This document shows, piece after piece, positions 9,583 to 19,440 of a stretch of 32,000 nt of DNA. Under the pieces are notes generated by a model. That model was not told where the DNA came from. It was given only the letters and a program-made list of their open reading frames with translations, and searched no databases. How positions within the stretch are numbered: position 1 is the first letter of the stretch; each line of letters opens with the position of its first letter. The DNA lies in the sequence record JAQMWT010000697.1; one strand, given 5' to 3'. A program made the position numbers and the translations under genes.

Positions 9583-9987
9583 TTACCAAACATAACATAA
9601 AATTTCTCCCCCGACATTTAACTTTTTAGCCTCTTTATTAGTCATTATACCTTTAGAAGTTGAAATAATTGCTATTCCAAAATTGCCTAATACCGTGGGC
9701 AGTTCTTTTACATTTGAATATACACGCAATCCAGGCTTACTTATACGTTTTAAAACAGTAATTGCTGGTGACTTTCGACGACCTTTGCCCAGGTATTTTA
9801 ATAAAAGTAGCAAGCATTCTTTACCATTTTCTGAAAACTCTTGAAAATCTTCAATAAACTCTTCTTGTTTTAAAACTAAGGCAATTGCTAAAGTCATCTT
9901 AGTAAAAGGTACCTGGACCAAATGGTGCTTTACTTTACTCGCATTTCGAATTCGTGTTAACATGTCTGAAATTACATCATTAACCAT
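9583..9987 (-). CDS. rps8: 30S ribosomal protein S8
   Basis: 134-aa ORF containing [22 protein letters not shown] and a C-terminal GGEILCYVW. Confidence 0.95.
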   Translation of the reverse strand: MVNDVISDMLTRIRNASKVKHHLVQVPFTKMTLAIALVLKQEEFIEDFQEFSENGKECLLLLLKYLGKGRRKSPAITVLKRISKPGLRVYSNVKELPTVLGNFGIAIISTSKGIMTNKEAKKLNVGGEILCYVW

Positions 9988-10007
9988 AATTATAACTTTT
10001 ATTATTT

Positions 10008-10556
10008 TTAAATTTTTTCACGGATCGGTAATCCAAGTTCACGTAATAGCAAATATCCTTCATTACGTGTTTTAGCACTTGTTACAAATGTAATATTAAA
10101 TCCTCGCGTTTGATCAACCGAATCATAACTTATTTCTGGAAAGAGCAATTGTTCTTTCAAACCAATTGTGTAATTTCCGGATCTATCAAAACCTTGTGGA
10201 TTTAAGCCTTGAAAGTCTCGTGATCGTGGTAATGCTAAATTAACAAATCGATCAAAAAAAGAATACATTTTTTCGCCTCGTAATGTAACTGTTACCCCCA
10301 ATGACATATCTTCACGAATTTTAAATCCGGCAATCGAATTGCGAGCTTTAGTTACAACAGGTTGTTGACCACTAATTTGTCGAAATTCTTCTATAGTTTT
10401 TTTCAAAATAGCACTGTTCTGGGCTGATAGACCTAAACCACGATTAATTTTAATTTTAATTAATTTCGGTACTTGATTTATATTTTTACACTTTAAGGAT
10501 TTAAATAAAACATCAATAACCTTATCTTTATAAATACTTCGGTATCTTGTAACCAT
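10008..10556 (-). CDS. rpl5: 50S ribosomal protein L5
   Basis: 182-aa ORF containing N.VPKL.KI.INRGLG, FKIRED and [12 protein letters not shown]. Confidence 0.94.
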   Translation of the reverse strand: MVTRYRSIYKDKVIDVLFKSLKCKNINQVPKLIKIKINRGLGLSAQNSAILKKTIEEFRQISGQQPVVTKARNSIAGFKIREDMSLGVTVTLRGEKMYSFFDRFVNLALPRSRDFQGLNPQGFDRSGNYTIGLKEQLLFPEISYDSVDQTRGFNITFVTSAKTRNEGYLLLRELGLPIREKI

Positions 10557-10561
10557 TACAA

Positions 10562-10867
10562 CTATGTTATTTTTTCTCCACTTTTTTTAGAAATACGTTC
10601 CCGATTTTTTCCTGTTTTTACTGTATAAATCCGCCCTGGAACATTATTAGAATCGCAGAGCATTGTATTGGATAAATGAATTGGCGATTCTTTTTGAATG
10701 AGTGAACCCGATTCATCGGTAGTCGTTGGTTTTTTATGTTTTATATGAACATTTATACCCTCAACAATAACTTTATTTGTTGTTTTAATAAGTTGTTTAA
10801 TTTTACCTAACTTACCTTTATCCTTACCAGCAATAATCATTACAGTGTCTCCAACTTTTAATTTCAT
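10562..10867 (-). CDS. rpl24: 50S ribosomal protein L24
   Basis: 101-aa ORF with a KOW-type N-terminus (KVGDTVMIIAGKDKGKLGKI). It lies between rpl14 and rpl5. Confidence 0.88.
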   Translation of the reverse strand: MKLKVGDTVMIIAGKDKGKLGKIKQLIKTTNKVIVEGINVHIKHKKPTTTDESGSLIQKESPIHLSNTMLCDSNNVPGRIYTVKTGKNRERISKKSGEKIT

Positions 10868-10884
10868 AAATACTAAATTTTTAA

Positions 10885-11250
10885 TTATAAAACTTCCGGT
10901 GCCAATGAAACAACACGTGTAAAATTATTATCACGTATTTCTCTGGCGATTGGACCAAAAACACGTGTACCTCGTGGATTATTTTGGGCATTAAGAATAA
11001 CTACCGCATTATCATCAAAACAAATTGAGCTCCCATTATTTCGCATAATAGGTTTTCGAGTTCTAACTATTAATGCCCGAACGATCTGCGAACGTTTTAC
11101 TGGCATTCTTGGTATTGATTCCTTTATAACTCCAATAATAATATCGCCCACACTTGCATAATTTTTATTGTTTCCTAACACACGAATACACATAATTTTG
11201 CGTGCACCCGTATTGTCTGCTACGGTTAATTGAGTTTGGGGTTGTATCAT
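10885..11250 (-). CDS. rpl14: 50S ribosomal protein L14
   Basis: 121-aa ORF beginning [16 protein letters not shown] and containing FGPIAREIR. Confidence 0.97.
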   Translation of the reverse strand: MIQPQTQLTVADNTGARKIMCIRVLGNNKNYASVGDIIIGVIKESIPRMPVKRSQIVRALIVRTRKPIMRNNGSSICFDDNAVVILNAQNNPRGTRVFGPIAREIRDNNFTRVVSLAPEVL

Positions 11251-11266
11251 GTTAATAGGATTAAAT

Positions 11267-11506
11267 TTATGTAAATATAGTTTTTAAAACCCAATGTTTT
11301 TTTGCACTTATAGGAGGATGTTCTTCTATAAGTACAAAATCACCTACTTGTCCTTCATTATTGGGATCATCTACGATATACTTTTTCGTTTGCAGTGAGG
11401 TTTTTCCATATAAATTAGGTTTTAAACCTCGAGTAGTAACATTAACGACTATACTTTTTTCCATCTTTGTACTTATAATTCTTCCACGTTTTTGCTTTGG
11501 TGCCAT
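11267..11506 (-). CDS. rps17: 30S ribosomal protein S17
   Basis: 79-aa ORF containing [16 protein letters not shown] and ISAKKHW.L. It lies between rpl16 and rpl14. Confidence 0.88.
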   Translation of the reverse strand: MAPKQKRGRIISTKMEKSIVVNVTTRGLKPNLYGKTSLQTKKYIVDDPNNEGQVGDFVLIEEHPPISAKKHWVLKTIFT

Positions 11507-11568
11507 AACTAATCTTTTACTTTCCTATTAGATCTTCTAATAAACTTAAATTATTATCAATGTAACTA

Positions 11569-11976
11569 CTAAACCTTAGATACGAATTTAGTTTTTAACG
11601 GTAATTTGTAAGAAGCCAAATTCATTGCTTCACGTGCAATTTCAGGCCTAACACCAGCTAGTTCAAAAATAATATTGCCAGGTTTGACAACAGCAACCCA
11701 ATATTCAGGTGTTCCTTTTCCTGAGCCCATACGTGATTCAGCTGCACGGGCGGTTATAGATTTGTCCGGAAAAATTTTTATCCATATTTTAGCCCCTCGT
11801 TTTGTATAACGAGTAATAGTACGGCGGGTAGCTTCAATTTGTCGTGATGTAATCCATCCAGGTTCTTGGACTTGTAAACCAAACTCACCAAATGTAACCC
11901 TATTGTTGCGAAATGCGCGCCCTTTCATACGCCCTCTTTGTTGCTTTCTAAATTTTGTTCTCTTCGGACAAAGCAT
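11569..11976 (-). CDS. rpl16: 50S ribosomal protein L16
   Basis: 135-aa ORF beginning [19 protein letters not shown] and containing FPDK.IT.....[17 protein letters not shown]. Confidence 0.97.
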   Translation of the reverse strand: MLCPKRTKFRKQQRGRMKGRAFRNNRVTFGEFGLQVQEPGWITSRQIEATRRTITRYTKRGAKIWIKIFPDKSITARAAESRMGSGKGTPEYWVAVVKPGNIIFELAGVRPEIAREAMNLASYKLPLKTKFVSKV

Positions 11977-12015
11977 AATTTTTGATGTTTGTAATAAATT
12001 TAATTTTTATATAAT

Positions 12016-12660
12016 TTATATAAAAGATTCACCCTTGAATAACCATACCTTTATACCTAAAATACCATAGATCGTTTTTGCTGTTGTTGTTGCATAATCT
12101 ATATTCGCTCGTAATGTTTGTAATGGCATACGTCCATTTTTTGTCCATTCACTGCGCGCAATTTCAGCACCGTTTAAACGCCCCGAAACCTGAATTTTTA
12201 TTCCAGCTATTTCGTCAATCTCTTGGCTATACTCAAGAGCTTTGCGAACTGCTCGCTTAAAAGAAACTCGGCGAATTAATTGGCTTGCAATAAATTTTGC
12301 TACCAATGAAGCATATTTAAAAGGATTGTCAATTTCGATTATATTGATATGAAACTTGTTAATTGCAGAGAATTGATTTTCTAGTTGTGTACTTAATTCA
12401 CGTAAACCTAAGCCAGATTCACAAATAATAAGACCAGGTTTAGCAACATTAATCTTTAACATTACATAATTTAATTGATATGTCCGCTCAATTTCAATAC
12501 TTGTAATTCCGGCCAATTCAAATTTATTATAGATATAATCTCGAATATAATAATCGTGTTTTAGTAGTAAAGGATAATTATTTAAATCCGTAAACCAAGT
12601 TGATTTGTGATTTTGTGTTGTATTTAATCGAAATCCAGACGGATGTACTTTTTGTCCCAC
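12016..12660 (-). CDS. rps3: 30S ribosomal protein S3 (GTG start)
   Basis: 214-aa ORF with the canonical S3 N-terminus (M)GQKVHPSGFRL and GRLNGAEIARSEW. The initiation codon read from the sequence is GTG (12660-12658), with no in-frame ATG nearby. Confidence 0.93.
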   Translation of the reverse strand: MGQKVHPSGFRLNTTQNHKSTWFTDLNNYPLLLKHDYYIRDYIYNKFELAGITSIEIERTYQLNYVMLKINVAKPGLIICESGLGLRELSTQLENQFSAINKFHINIIEIDNPFKYASLVAKFIASQLIRRVSFKRAVRKALEYSQEIDEIAGIKIQVSGRLNGAEIARSEWTKNGRMPLQTLRANIDYATTTAKTIYGILGIKVWLFKGESFI

Positions 12661-12679
12661 AATTATGTTTTCTTCTAAT

Positions 12680-13033
12680 TTAATTTTTAATACTAACTAC
12701 TGCAGTAATATGACAAGTTGGCTTGCGAATTGCAAATGCACGACCTTGTGCACGAGGCCTAAAACGCTTTATACTTGGACCTTTATTGACAAAAACTTTA
12801 TCAATAACTAAATCAGACCTATTTACACCATATAAATTTTGCGCATTAGAAGCTGCGGACTGTATAACTTGCCAAACAGGCTCACAAGCCCGAAACGGCA
12901 AAAATTCGAGAACAATCAAAGCTTCTTCATACGTGCAACCTCGTATTTGATTTAATACTCTTCTTATTTTTAACGGTGACATCCGAATATACTTCGCAAC
13001 AGCACTTGCTGAAACAACATTCTCAACACTCAT
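12680..13033 (-). CDS. rpl22: 50S ribosomal protein L22
   Basis: 117-aa ORF containing [23 protein letters not shown] and RA.GRAF.I.K.TCHIT. Confidence 0.93.
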   Translation of the reverse strand: MSVENVVSASAVAKYIRMSPLKIRRVLNQIRGCTYEEALIVLEFLPFRACEPVWQVIQSAASNAQNLYGVNRSDLVIDKVFVNKGPSIKRFRPRAQGRAFAIRKPTCHITAVVSIKN

Positions 13034-13067
13034 AAATTTTATTAATATAAAAAAATTAATTCATTTT

Positions 13068-13346
13068 TTATCGTCTTGCCTTTTTATCTGCTTTAATATG
13101 TGAACGAAACGTACGTGTCGGCGCAAACTCTCCTAATTTATGTCCAACTAATTGTTCTGTAATTAAAACGGGGACATGAGTTTTACCATTATAAACAGCA
13201 ATTGTATGGCCAATCATAGATGGCATAATCGTTGAAGAACGAGTCCAGGTTTTTATAACTTCTTTCTTGCCCTCGTTATTTAATTTATCAATTTTTTTTA
13301 TTAGATGATAAGCAACAAAGGGACCTTTTTTTATTGATCTACCCAT
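13068..13346 (-). CDS. rps19: 30S ribosomal protein S19
   Basis: 92-aa ORF beginning [12 protein letters not shown] and containing [13 protein letters not shown] and [13 protein letters not shown]. Confidence 0.97.
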   Translation of the reverse strand: MGRSIKKGPFVAYHLIKKIDKLNNEGKKEVIKTWTRSSTIMPSMIGHTIAVYNGKTHVPVLITEQLVGHKLGEFAPTRTFRSHIKADKKARR

Positions 13347-13355
13347 AAGTGTTTA

Positions 13356-14186
13356 TTATTTTTTACGACGAATAATTAAAACATCACTGTATTTTCGTTT
13401 TGACCGGGTTTTGATTCCCAAAGCGGGTTTTCCCCAAGGAGTATATGGTTTTGTTCTACCAATCGGTGAACGACCTTCACCTCCCCCGTGCGGATGATCG
13501 CATGGATTCATAACAACACCCCTAACTACTGGGCGGCGCCCATACCAACGATTTCTTCCAGCTTTACCTTTATTAATACCGTAAGCTTCAGGATTAGATA
13601 ACCGGCCAATAGTGGCATAGCAATTTTTATGGAATAATCTAATCTCTTTTGAAGGTAATCTTAAAGTTACATAATCACCAATTTTCGCGAGAATTGTAGC
13701 GTACGAACCAGCCGCACGAACGATTTTCCCACCTTGAAAAATATTCAATTCAATATTATGAACTTCAGTTGCTAACGGAATAAATTCTAAAGGTAAGGCA
13801 TTACCAATCTGAATGGGTATATTATTTGACCCAGATTGAATTTCCATTCCAATTTCTAACCCTTCGGGACATAATATATATCGTTTTTCACCATCCCGAT
13901 AATTTACTAATGCTATTTTTGTGTTCCGATTTGGGTCATATTCAATTGCCGCTATTTTACCTACAATCGTAGATTTGTTCCGCAAAAAATCAACTTTACG
14001 GTATTTTTTTTTGTGGCCACCTCCACGATGTCGAACAGTAATTATACCTCGGTTATTTCGTCCTGATTTGCGTATTTTTGGTGATAGTAATGATTTTTGT
14101 GGGTTAGTTTTTGTTAAATTACTATAATCAAGAATTGCTAAACCACGAGTTCCGGGTGTATTGGGCTTATACAATTTAATAACCAT
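13356..14186 (-). CDS. rpl2: 50S ribosomal protein L2
   Basis: 276-aa ORF containing RNNRGIITVRHRGGGHK, IEYDPNR and MNPCDHPHGGGEGR. Confidence 0.98.
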   Translation of the reverse strand: MVIKLYKPNTPGTRGLAILDYSNLTKTNPQKSLLSPKIRKSGRNNRGIITVRHRGGGHKKKYRKVDFLRNKSTIVGKIAAIEYDPNRNTKIALVNYRDGEKRYILCPEGLEIGMEIQSGSNNIPIQIGNALPLEFIPLATEVHNIELNIFQGGKIVRAAGSYATILAKIGDYVTLRLPSKEIRLFHKNCYATIGRLSNPEAYGINKGKAGRNRWYGRRPVVRGVVMNPCDHPHGGGEGRSPIGRTKPYTPWGKPALGIKTRSKRKYSDVLIIRRKK

Positions 14187-14210
14187 AATAGTTGTTATAA
14201 ATATGAAAAA

Positions 14211-14549
14211 TTATATATCTGTAAATAAAGAAATTTCGTCATCAGGATTAAGTGTCACTACTGCTTTTTTTAGAGTAGTCTTTGTTCCCTTATATTTTCC
14301 TGTAATTTTTTTCTTAGTAGGTAATTGTGCAGTGTTTACTTTTAAAACACGTACATTAAAATATTTTTCAATTCCCACCTTAATTAAGTCTTTTGTCAAA
14401 ATTGGTGAAACAAGAAAAGTATATTTTTTATTTTCTAAGGACCATAAAGCTTTTTTAGTTGTTGAGAGACGTTTTATATCATTTAATAAAATGTAGTCCG
14501 CATATAAAGCTAATTGACCTCTATTTTTATTATATTTTTGTTTAATCAT
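14211..14549 (-). CDS. rpl23: 50S ribosomal protein L23
   Basis: 112-aa ORF between rpl2 and rpl3 with an L23-like core (NKKYTFLVSPILTKDLIKVGIEKYFNVRVLKVNT ... KKAVVTL). It is more divergent than its neighbours. Confidence 0.8.
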   Translation of the reverse strand: MIKQKYNKNRGQLALYADYILLNDIKRLSTTKKALWSLENKKYTFLVSPILTKDLIKVGIEKYFNVRVLKVNTAQLPTKKKITGKYKGTKTTLKKAVVTLNPDDEISLFTDI

Positions 14550-14574
14550 ACGATTTAATTTGGCGATTCAATCC

Positions 14575-15207
14575 TTAATTATTGTATACATATGGTTGAA
14601 TTGTGACTAAATTACCAGGTTTACCTGGAACAGCTCCTTTTATAATTAATAAATTACTTTCGGCATTAACAGTTAAAATTTTAAGCTTTTTCACAGAAAC
14701 TTTTTTTGCACCTAAATGGCCAGCCATCTTTTTCCCCGGATAAACACGTCCTGGAGTCGTTCCTGCCCCAATGGAACCAGGTGCCCGATGATTTTTCGAG
14801 CCATGAGTCATCGGTCCGCGACCAAAATTATAACGTTTCTGTAAACCCGCAAATCCTTTACCTATAGTTTTTCCACTTATATCCACCAAAGTTCCCGGTT
14901 CAAAAATGGCTGCTGTAATTTTTTGACCCAGAGAAAAACAATCCGGATCAGAGACTTTGTATTCGTGTAAATAACGTAGTAAGGATAAACCAGATTTTTC
15001 TAAATGACCTCTTTGCGGTTTGTTTAGGGTTTTTGGCGAAACTTCGTTATACCCCAATTGAACGGCATTATAACCATCTCTACCAATGGTTTTAATCTGT
15101 GTTACAGTACAAGGCCCGACCCGTAAAATTGTAACGGGAATCACGTTACCAGACTCATCGATAATTTGAGTCATACCAACTTTATTACCTAATATTCCTA
15201 AAACCAT
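14575..15207 (-). CDS. rpl3: 50S ribosomal protein L3
   Basis: ORF containing [22 protein letters not shown] and GPMTHGS.NHR.PGSIG. I place the start at ATG 15207 (MVLGILG...), which is homologous to other L3 N-termini. The track's 15258 start adds 17 non-conserved residues. Confidence 0.92.
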   Translation of the reverse strand: MVLGILGNKVGMTQIIDESGNVIPVTILRVGPCTVTQIKTIGRDGYNAVQLGYNEVSPKTLNKPQRGHLEKSGLSLLRYLHEYKVSDPDCFSLGQKITAAIFEPGTLVDISGKTIGKGFAGLQKRYNFGRGPMTHGSKNHRAPGSIGAGTTPGRVYPGKKMAGHLGAKKVSVKKLKILTVNAESNLLIIKGAVPGKPGNLVTIQPYVYNN

Positions 15208-15442
15208 ACAATATTGTAAGAAAAGTATTTTATAAAAACTTCGATAAGATAGAAACATTATCGGGGAAAAGATAGCTGGCGAAAAGTAACTAATTAAATT
15301 GATATAGGCATAGTTGATCTAACCTAAACAAAATTTTGCATTAATTTTTAAATACGGCTTAATCTCTTTATACTCTAAAAATTGTTGTTCAACTAAATAA
15401 TTAAAATTATCAAAAATTAATTCCTCTATAAAGAGAAAATTT

Positions 15443-15478
15443 AAAAAGTCTAAAAACAATAAAAATTTCAGACTTTTT
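15443..15478. terminator. Stem-loop (AAAAAGTCT / AGACTTTTT, 9-bp stem, 18-nt loop) downstream of psaJ
   Basis: Inverted repeat read from the sequence. It lies about 50 nt 3' of the psaJ stop on the minus strand. It is a candidate 3'-end processing or stability element. Confidence 0.45.
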
Positions 15479-15528
15479 AAAACTAAAATAAAACAAGTCA
15501 GCCTAATTTTTCATCGATTACCATTACA

Positions 15529-15651
15529 TTACCCAATAAATAAAGCATCTGGGTAAAACCGATTGGCTTCGATCAATAAACCTGCTGTAAGACTCATCCA
15601 AACAGTTAACAAAACAGGAGCAATAGAAAGGTAGGTTTTAAAATCGTTCAT
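15529..15651 (-). CDS. psaJ: Photosystem I subunit IX
   Basis: Too short for the ORF track. Hand translation gives [40 protein letters not shown] (40 aa), matching the PsaJ pattern (..F.TYLS.APV...W......L.IE.NRF.PD.L). It is adjacent to psaF, as in the conserved psaF-psaJ pair. Confidence 0.9.
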   Translation of the reverse strand: MNDFKTYLSIAPVLLTVWMSLTAGLLIEANRFYPDALFIG

Positions 15652-15693
15652 ATTATTTAACTTCCGTTTCAAAATTGTAATAAAAAAAAGAAA

Positions 15694-16278
15694 CTAGCGT
15701 GGTGAAACTGTCACTTCAGATTTCGATGCAATAAAATCCCCATTTAAAAATTCCCGCCAAGCATAAGCGGGCCATATGTAACCTGAACTCATTATTTTTA
15801 GCGCTAATGGAACATCAATTATAATTTCTTTTTCTGCAGGGTTTTTTGTTTTTGCAACAGTTCTAATATACTTTCTTCCTACCCAGCCAATCCATCCACT
15901 TATGTAAAGAAACATCAGTCCCGGTAGTACAAATTCAGGTGCATGATACCAATCACCATCAGTAATTAAATGAGGAAGACCATCTTTACCACATTGCAAG
16001 TCAGAATTCGCGTAACGTTCAAACCGACTTTTAGTCTGCATAATTTGTTGTTCTAATGCTAACGCTTGAGGTGTTCCTGGCTCATATTTTTTTAAACGTG
16101 TTTCAAGTTTTTTCACACTTGTATCTAAACGCTTGTTAAAAGCTGGTGATTCTTTACAATCTACTAAAGTTCCTACGTTAGGGGCTGCATTTACATTATT
16201 TACATTATTAAAAGATCCAAAGGCTATAAGGATTGTCGTTAATGAATAATTAAAAAAACGTCTCATTTGCATTATCAA
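15694..16278 (-). CDS. psaF: Photosystem I subunit III (plastocyanin/cytochrome c6 docking), with N-terminal signal peptide
   Basis: 194-aa ORF with a hydrophobic signal-like N-terminus. The mature part contains L..C.ESPAF.KR, DGLPHLI.DG and GWIGW.GR.Y, which is PsaF-like. Confidence 0.92.
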   Translation of the reverse strand: MIMQMRRFFNYSLTTILIAFGSFNNVNNVNAAPNVGTLVDCKESPAFNKRLDTSVKKLETRLKKYEPGTPQALALEQQIMQTKSRFERYANSDLQCGKDGLPHLITDGDWYHAPEFVLPGLMFLYISGWIGWVGRKYIRTVAKTKNPAEKEIIIDVPLALKIMSSGYIWPAYAWREFLNGDFIASKSEVTVSPR

Positions 16279-16380
16279 TAAATATTATTATAACCTAAAA
16301 ACTAACTTTTTATTGTTAGCCAGATATATATAATATTACTTTAAAAATAAAGAATAGTTAATAAAATATTATAAAAAAAT

Positions 16381-16453
16381 TGCCAGGAACCAGATTCGAA
16401 CTGGTGACACGAGGATCTTCAGTCCACTGCTCTACCAACTGAGCTATCCCGGC
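16381..16453 (-). tRNA. trnF: tRNA-Phe (anticodon GAA)
   Basis: The reverse complement GCCGGGATAGCTCAGTTGGTAGAGCAGTGGACTGAAGATCCTCGTGTCACCAGTTCGAATCTGGTTCCTGGCA folds as a cloverleaf. It has a 7-bp acceptor stem, a GTTCGAATC T-arm and the anticodon loop CTGAAGA. Confidence 0.93.
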
Positions 16454-16911
16454 ATATCTAACTATTCTAACTGAAAGTAAAAAAAAAAACAATATAATAT
16501 TTTATTTTTTTTGTAATAGATAAATTAATTAAACGGAAAATTTTTAAAGCCTGATTAATAAATTTAATTATTTATAAAAAAATTTATTAGTAACAAACCG
16601 CTACAATTTCTCTGTTTTCCCTCAAAGACTTTTATAGATAAAATTACACAATGGTTAAACTAATCATTTACCACTATAAATTGCAATAAAACATTTAATT
16701 TTTGGGGCGAACATAAAAATTCTTATTATAATAATATTATGAGTACTTATTGCCAAATATAAATTATCTAGAAAAGCTAGTAAAAAGTGGCAACTGGAAG
16801 AATTTTTATACTTATTTTTTAATAAAAATCAGAAAAACTATAAGTTGAAAAGAAAAGTAATTTAATAGTTGAAATTTAAATTACTTGAGAATTTGTATTT
16901 ATATAATTAAT

Positions 16912-17967
16912 ATGACAACCGCAGTAGGACAAAACCAAGAACGTGGACTATTTGATTTAGCAGACGACTGGTTAAAACGTGACAGATTCGTATTTGTAGG
17001 ATGGTCAGGGTTACTATTATTCCCTTGTTCATACTTATCACTAGGTGGATGGTTTACAGGTACAACTTTTGTAACGTCTTGGTATACACATGGACTTGCA
17101 AGCTCTTATTTAGAAGGATGTAACTTCTTAACTGCAGCTGTATCGACACCTGCAAATAGTATGGGCCATTCATTCATTTTATTATGGGGCCCTGAGGCAC
17201 AAGGTGACTTTACTCGTTGGTGCCAAATTGGTGGTCTATGGACCTTTATTGCTTTACACGGTGCATTCGGGTTAATTGGTTTCTGCTTACGTCAATTTGA
17301 AATTGCACGTTTAGTGGGAATTCGCCCTTACAATGCAATTGCTTTCTCAGGTCCGATTTCAATATTTGTTTCAGTTTTCCTTATCTACCCTTTAGGTCAA
17401 GCTAGTTGGTTCTTTGCCCCTAGTTTTGGTGTAGCAGCAATTTTCCGATTCTTATTGTTTTTACAAGGATTCCATAACTGGACACTAAACCCGTTCCATA
17501 TGATGGGTGTAGCCGGTATTTTAGGAGGAGCGTTACTATGTGCAATTCATGGAGCAACCGTTGAAAACACTTTATTTGAAGATGGTGATGCGGCAAACAC
17601 ATTCCGTGCTTTTACGCCAACACAATCAGAAGAAACATATTCAATGGTTACGGCTAATCGTTTTTGGTCACAAATTTTTGGTGTAGCTTTTTCGAATAAA
17701 CGTTGGTTGCATTTCTTCATGTTATTTGTTCCAGTAACAGGTTTATGGACAAGTGCAATTGGAATTGTCGGTTTAGCCTTAAATTTACGTGCTTATGATT
17801 TTGTATCTCAAGAGCTACGTGCGGCCGAAGATCCAGAATTTGAAACATTCTATACTAAAAATATATTATTAAACGAAGGTATTCGCTCATGGATGGCTGC
17901 GCAAGATCAACCACATGAGAACTTCATATTCCCAGAGGAGGTTTTACCACGTGGAAACGCCCTTTAA
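16912..17967 (+). CDS. psbD: Photosystem II D2 protein
   Basis: Canonical D2 sequence ([33 protein letters not shown] ... [10 protein letters not shown]). I place the start at ATG 16912. The track's TTG at 16885 adds 9 non-homologous residues. Confidence 0.97.
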   Translation: MTTAVGQNQERGLFDLADDWLKRDRFVFVGWSGLLLFPCSYLSLGGWFTGTTFVTSWYTHGLASSYLEGCNFLTAAVSTPANSMGHSFILLWGPEAQGDFTRWCQIGGLWTFIALHGAFGLIGFCLRQFEIARLVGIRPYNAIAFSGPISIFVSVFLIYPLGQASWFFAPSFGVAAIFRFLLFLQGFHNWTLNPFHMMGVAGILGGALLCAIHGATVENTLFEDGDAANTFRAFTPTQSEETYSMVTANRFWSQIFGVAFSNKRWLHFFMLFVPVTGLWTSAIGIVGLALNLRAYDFVSQELRAAEDPEFETFYTKNILLNEGIRSWMAAQDQPHENFIFPEEVLPRGNAL

Positions 17968-19324
17968 TGTAATTGGTAGAGATATTGAATCTACAGGTTT
18001 TGCTTGGTGGGCAGGAAATGCCCGCTTAATTAATGTTTCAGGTAAATTATTAGGTGCACATGTAGCACACGCTGGAGTGATGGTATTTTGGACAGGTGCA
18101 ATGACTCTTTTTGAGGTATCTCACTTTATTCCAGAAAAACCATTGTACGAGCAAGGTTGTATTTTATTACCACACTTAGCAACTTTAGGTTGGGGTGTTG
18201 GCCCTGGCGGTGAAATTGTAAATACGTACCCTTACTTCGTCGTAGGTGTAGTACATTTAATATCATCTGCTGTTTTAGGCATAGGCGGTATTTATCATTC
18301 TTTAATTGGACCAGACACTTTAGAAGAGTCATTCCCATTCTTTGGATATGACTGGCGAGATAAAAATAAAATGACTACAATTTTAGGTATTCACTTATGT
18401 TTACTAGGAATTGGCTCATATTTACTTGTCTTAAAAGCAACGGTCTTTGGAGGATTATATGACACTTGGTCACCTGGAGGTGGGGATGTTCGCTTAATTA
18501 CAAACCCTACTTTAAACCCATTTGTAATTTTTGGCTACGTATTAAAATCACCTTTTGGTGGTGATGGTTGGATTATTTCAATTAATAACTTGGAAGATTT
18601 AGTGGGTGGTCATATTTGGGTTAGTGTTTTATGCTTATCGGGAGGTATTTTTCATATTTTAACGAAGCCTTTTGCTTGGGCTCGTCGTGCTTTTGTATGG
18701 TCAGGTGAAGCTTATTTATCATACAGCTTAGCGGCGTTATCAGTAATGGGATTCGCAGCGGCAACTTACGCATGGTATAATAACACTGCATATCCAAGTG
18801 AATTTTATGGTCCAACAGGGCCAGAAGCTTCCCAAGCTCAAACGTTTACTTTTTTAATTCGTGACCAAAGACTAGGGGCAAATGTCGCTTCTGCTCAAGG
18901 TCCAACTGGTTTAGGTAAATACTTAATGCGTTCTCCAAGTGGAGAAGTTATATTTGGTGGTGAAACTATGCGTTTTTGGGACTTACGTGCTCCGTGGGTT
19001 GAACCTCTTCGAGGTCCAAATGGTTTAGACATCAATAAAATTCGTAGTGATATTCAGCCTTGGCAAGAACGCCGTGCAGCAGAATATATGACTCACGCAC
19101 CATTAGGTTCTTTGAATTCTGTTGGTGGGGTTGCAACAGAAATTAACTCTGTTAACTATGTATCTCCACGCTCATGGCTAACATGTTCTCATTGGTTCCT
19201 GGCCTTCTTCTTATTAGTAGGGCATTGGTGGCATTCGGGACGTGCTCGTGCAGCTGCAGCAGGATTTGAAAAAGGTATTAACCGTGAAAATGAACCTGTT
19301 TTAAGTATGCGACCAATTGACTAA
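17915..19324 (+). CDS. psbC: Photosystem II CP43 apoprotein
   Basis: Canonical CP43 ([33 protein letters not shown]...). It overlaps the psbD 3' end in a different frame. The start is either ATG 17915 or the classical internal GTG 17951, which is preceded by GAGGAGG. Confidence 0.96.
   Translation: MRTSYSQRRFYHVETPFNVIGRDIESTGFAWWAGNARLINVSGKLLGAHVAHAGVMVFWTGAMTLFEVSHFIPEKPLYEQGCILLPHLATLGWGVGPGGEIVNTYPYFVVGVVHLISSAVLGIGGIYHSLIGPDTLEESFPFFGYDWRDKNKMTTILGIHLCLLGIGSYLLVLKATVFGGLYDTWSPGGGDVRLITNPTLNPFVIFGYVLKSPFGGDGWIISINNLEDLVGGHIWVSVLCLSGGIFHILTKPFAWARRAFVWSGEAYLSYSLAALSVMGFAAATYAWYNNTAYPSEFYGPTGPEASQAQTFTFLIRDQRLGANVASAQGPTGLGKYLMRSPSGEVIFGGETMRFWDLRAPWVEPLRGPNGLDINKIRSDIQPWQERRAAEYMTHAPLGSLNSVGGVATEINSVNYVSPRSWLTCSHWFLAFFLLVGHWWHSGRARAAAAGFEKGINRENEPVLSMRPID
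17935..17941 (+). promoter_or_regulatory. Shine-Dalgarno-like GAGGAGG inside the psbD 3' end, 9 nt upstream of the in-frame psbC GTG (17951)
   Basis: Read directly: ...CCCAGAGGAGGTTTTACCACGTGGAAACG.... A conserved SD-like element followed by GTG at the psbD/psbC overlap is well known from other plastids. Confidence 0.5.
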
Positions 19325-19343
19325 TGTAAAATTATAAATATAT

Positions 19344-19373
19344 AAAACAATGAGACATAGTTCTCATTGTTTT
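19344..19373. terminator. Perfect 12-bp stem-loop (AAAACAATGAGA / TCTCATTGTTTT, 6-nt loop) between convergent psbC and sufB
   Basis: Inverted repeat read from the sequence. It starts 20 nt after the psbC stop and is flanked by T/A runs on both strands. Confidence 0.65.
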
Positions 19374-19440
19374 ATTTTTAATTTGTTTAATTTAATAGAA
19401 CGTAAAATAAATACTTTAGAATAGAACCTTAGAATCAATT

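Noticed and set aside
16885-16911. N-terminal extensions implied by the ORF track: psbD from TTG 16885, groEL from TTG 24117, rpl3 from ATG 15258
   Set aside because: The extensions are not homologous to known N-termini. Canonical ATG starts at 16912, 24162 and 15207 reproduce the conserved N-terminal sequences.
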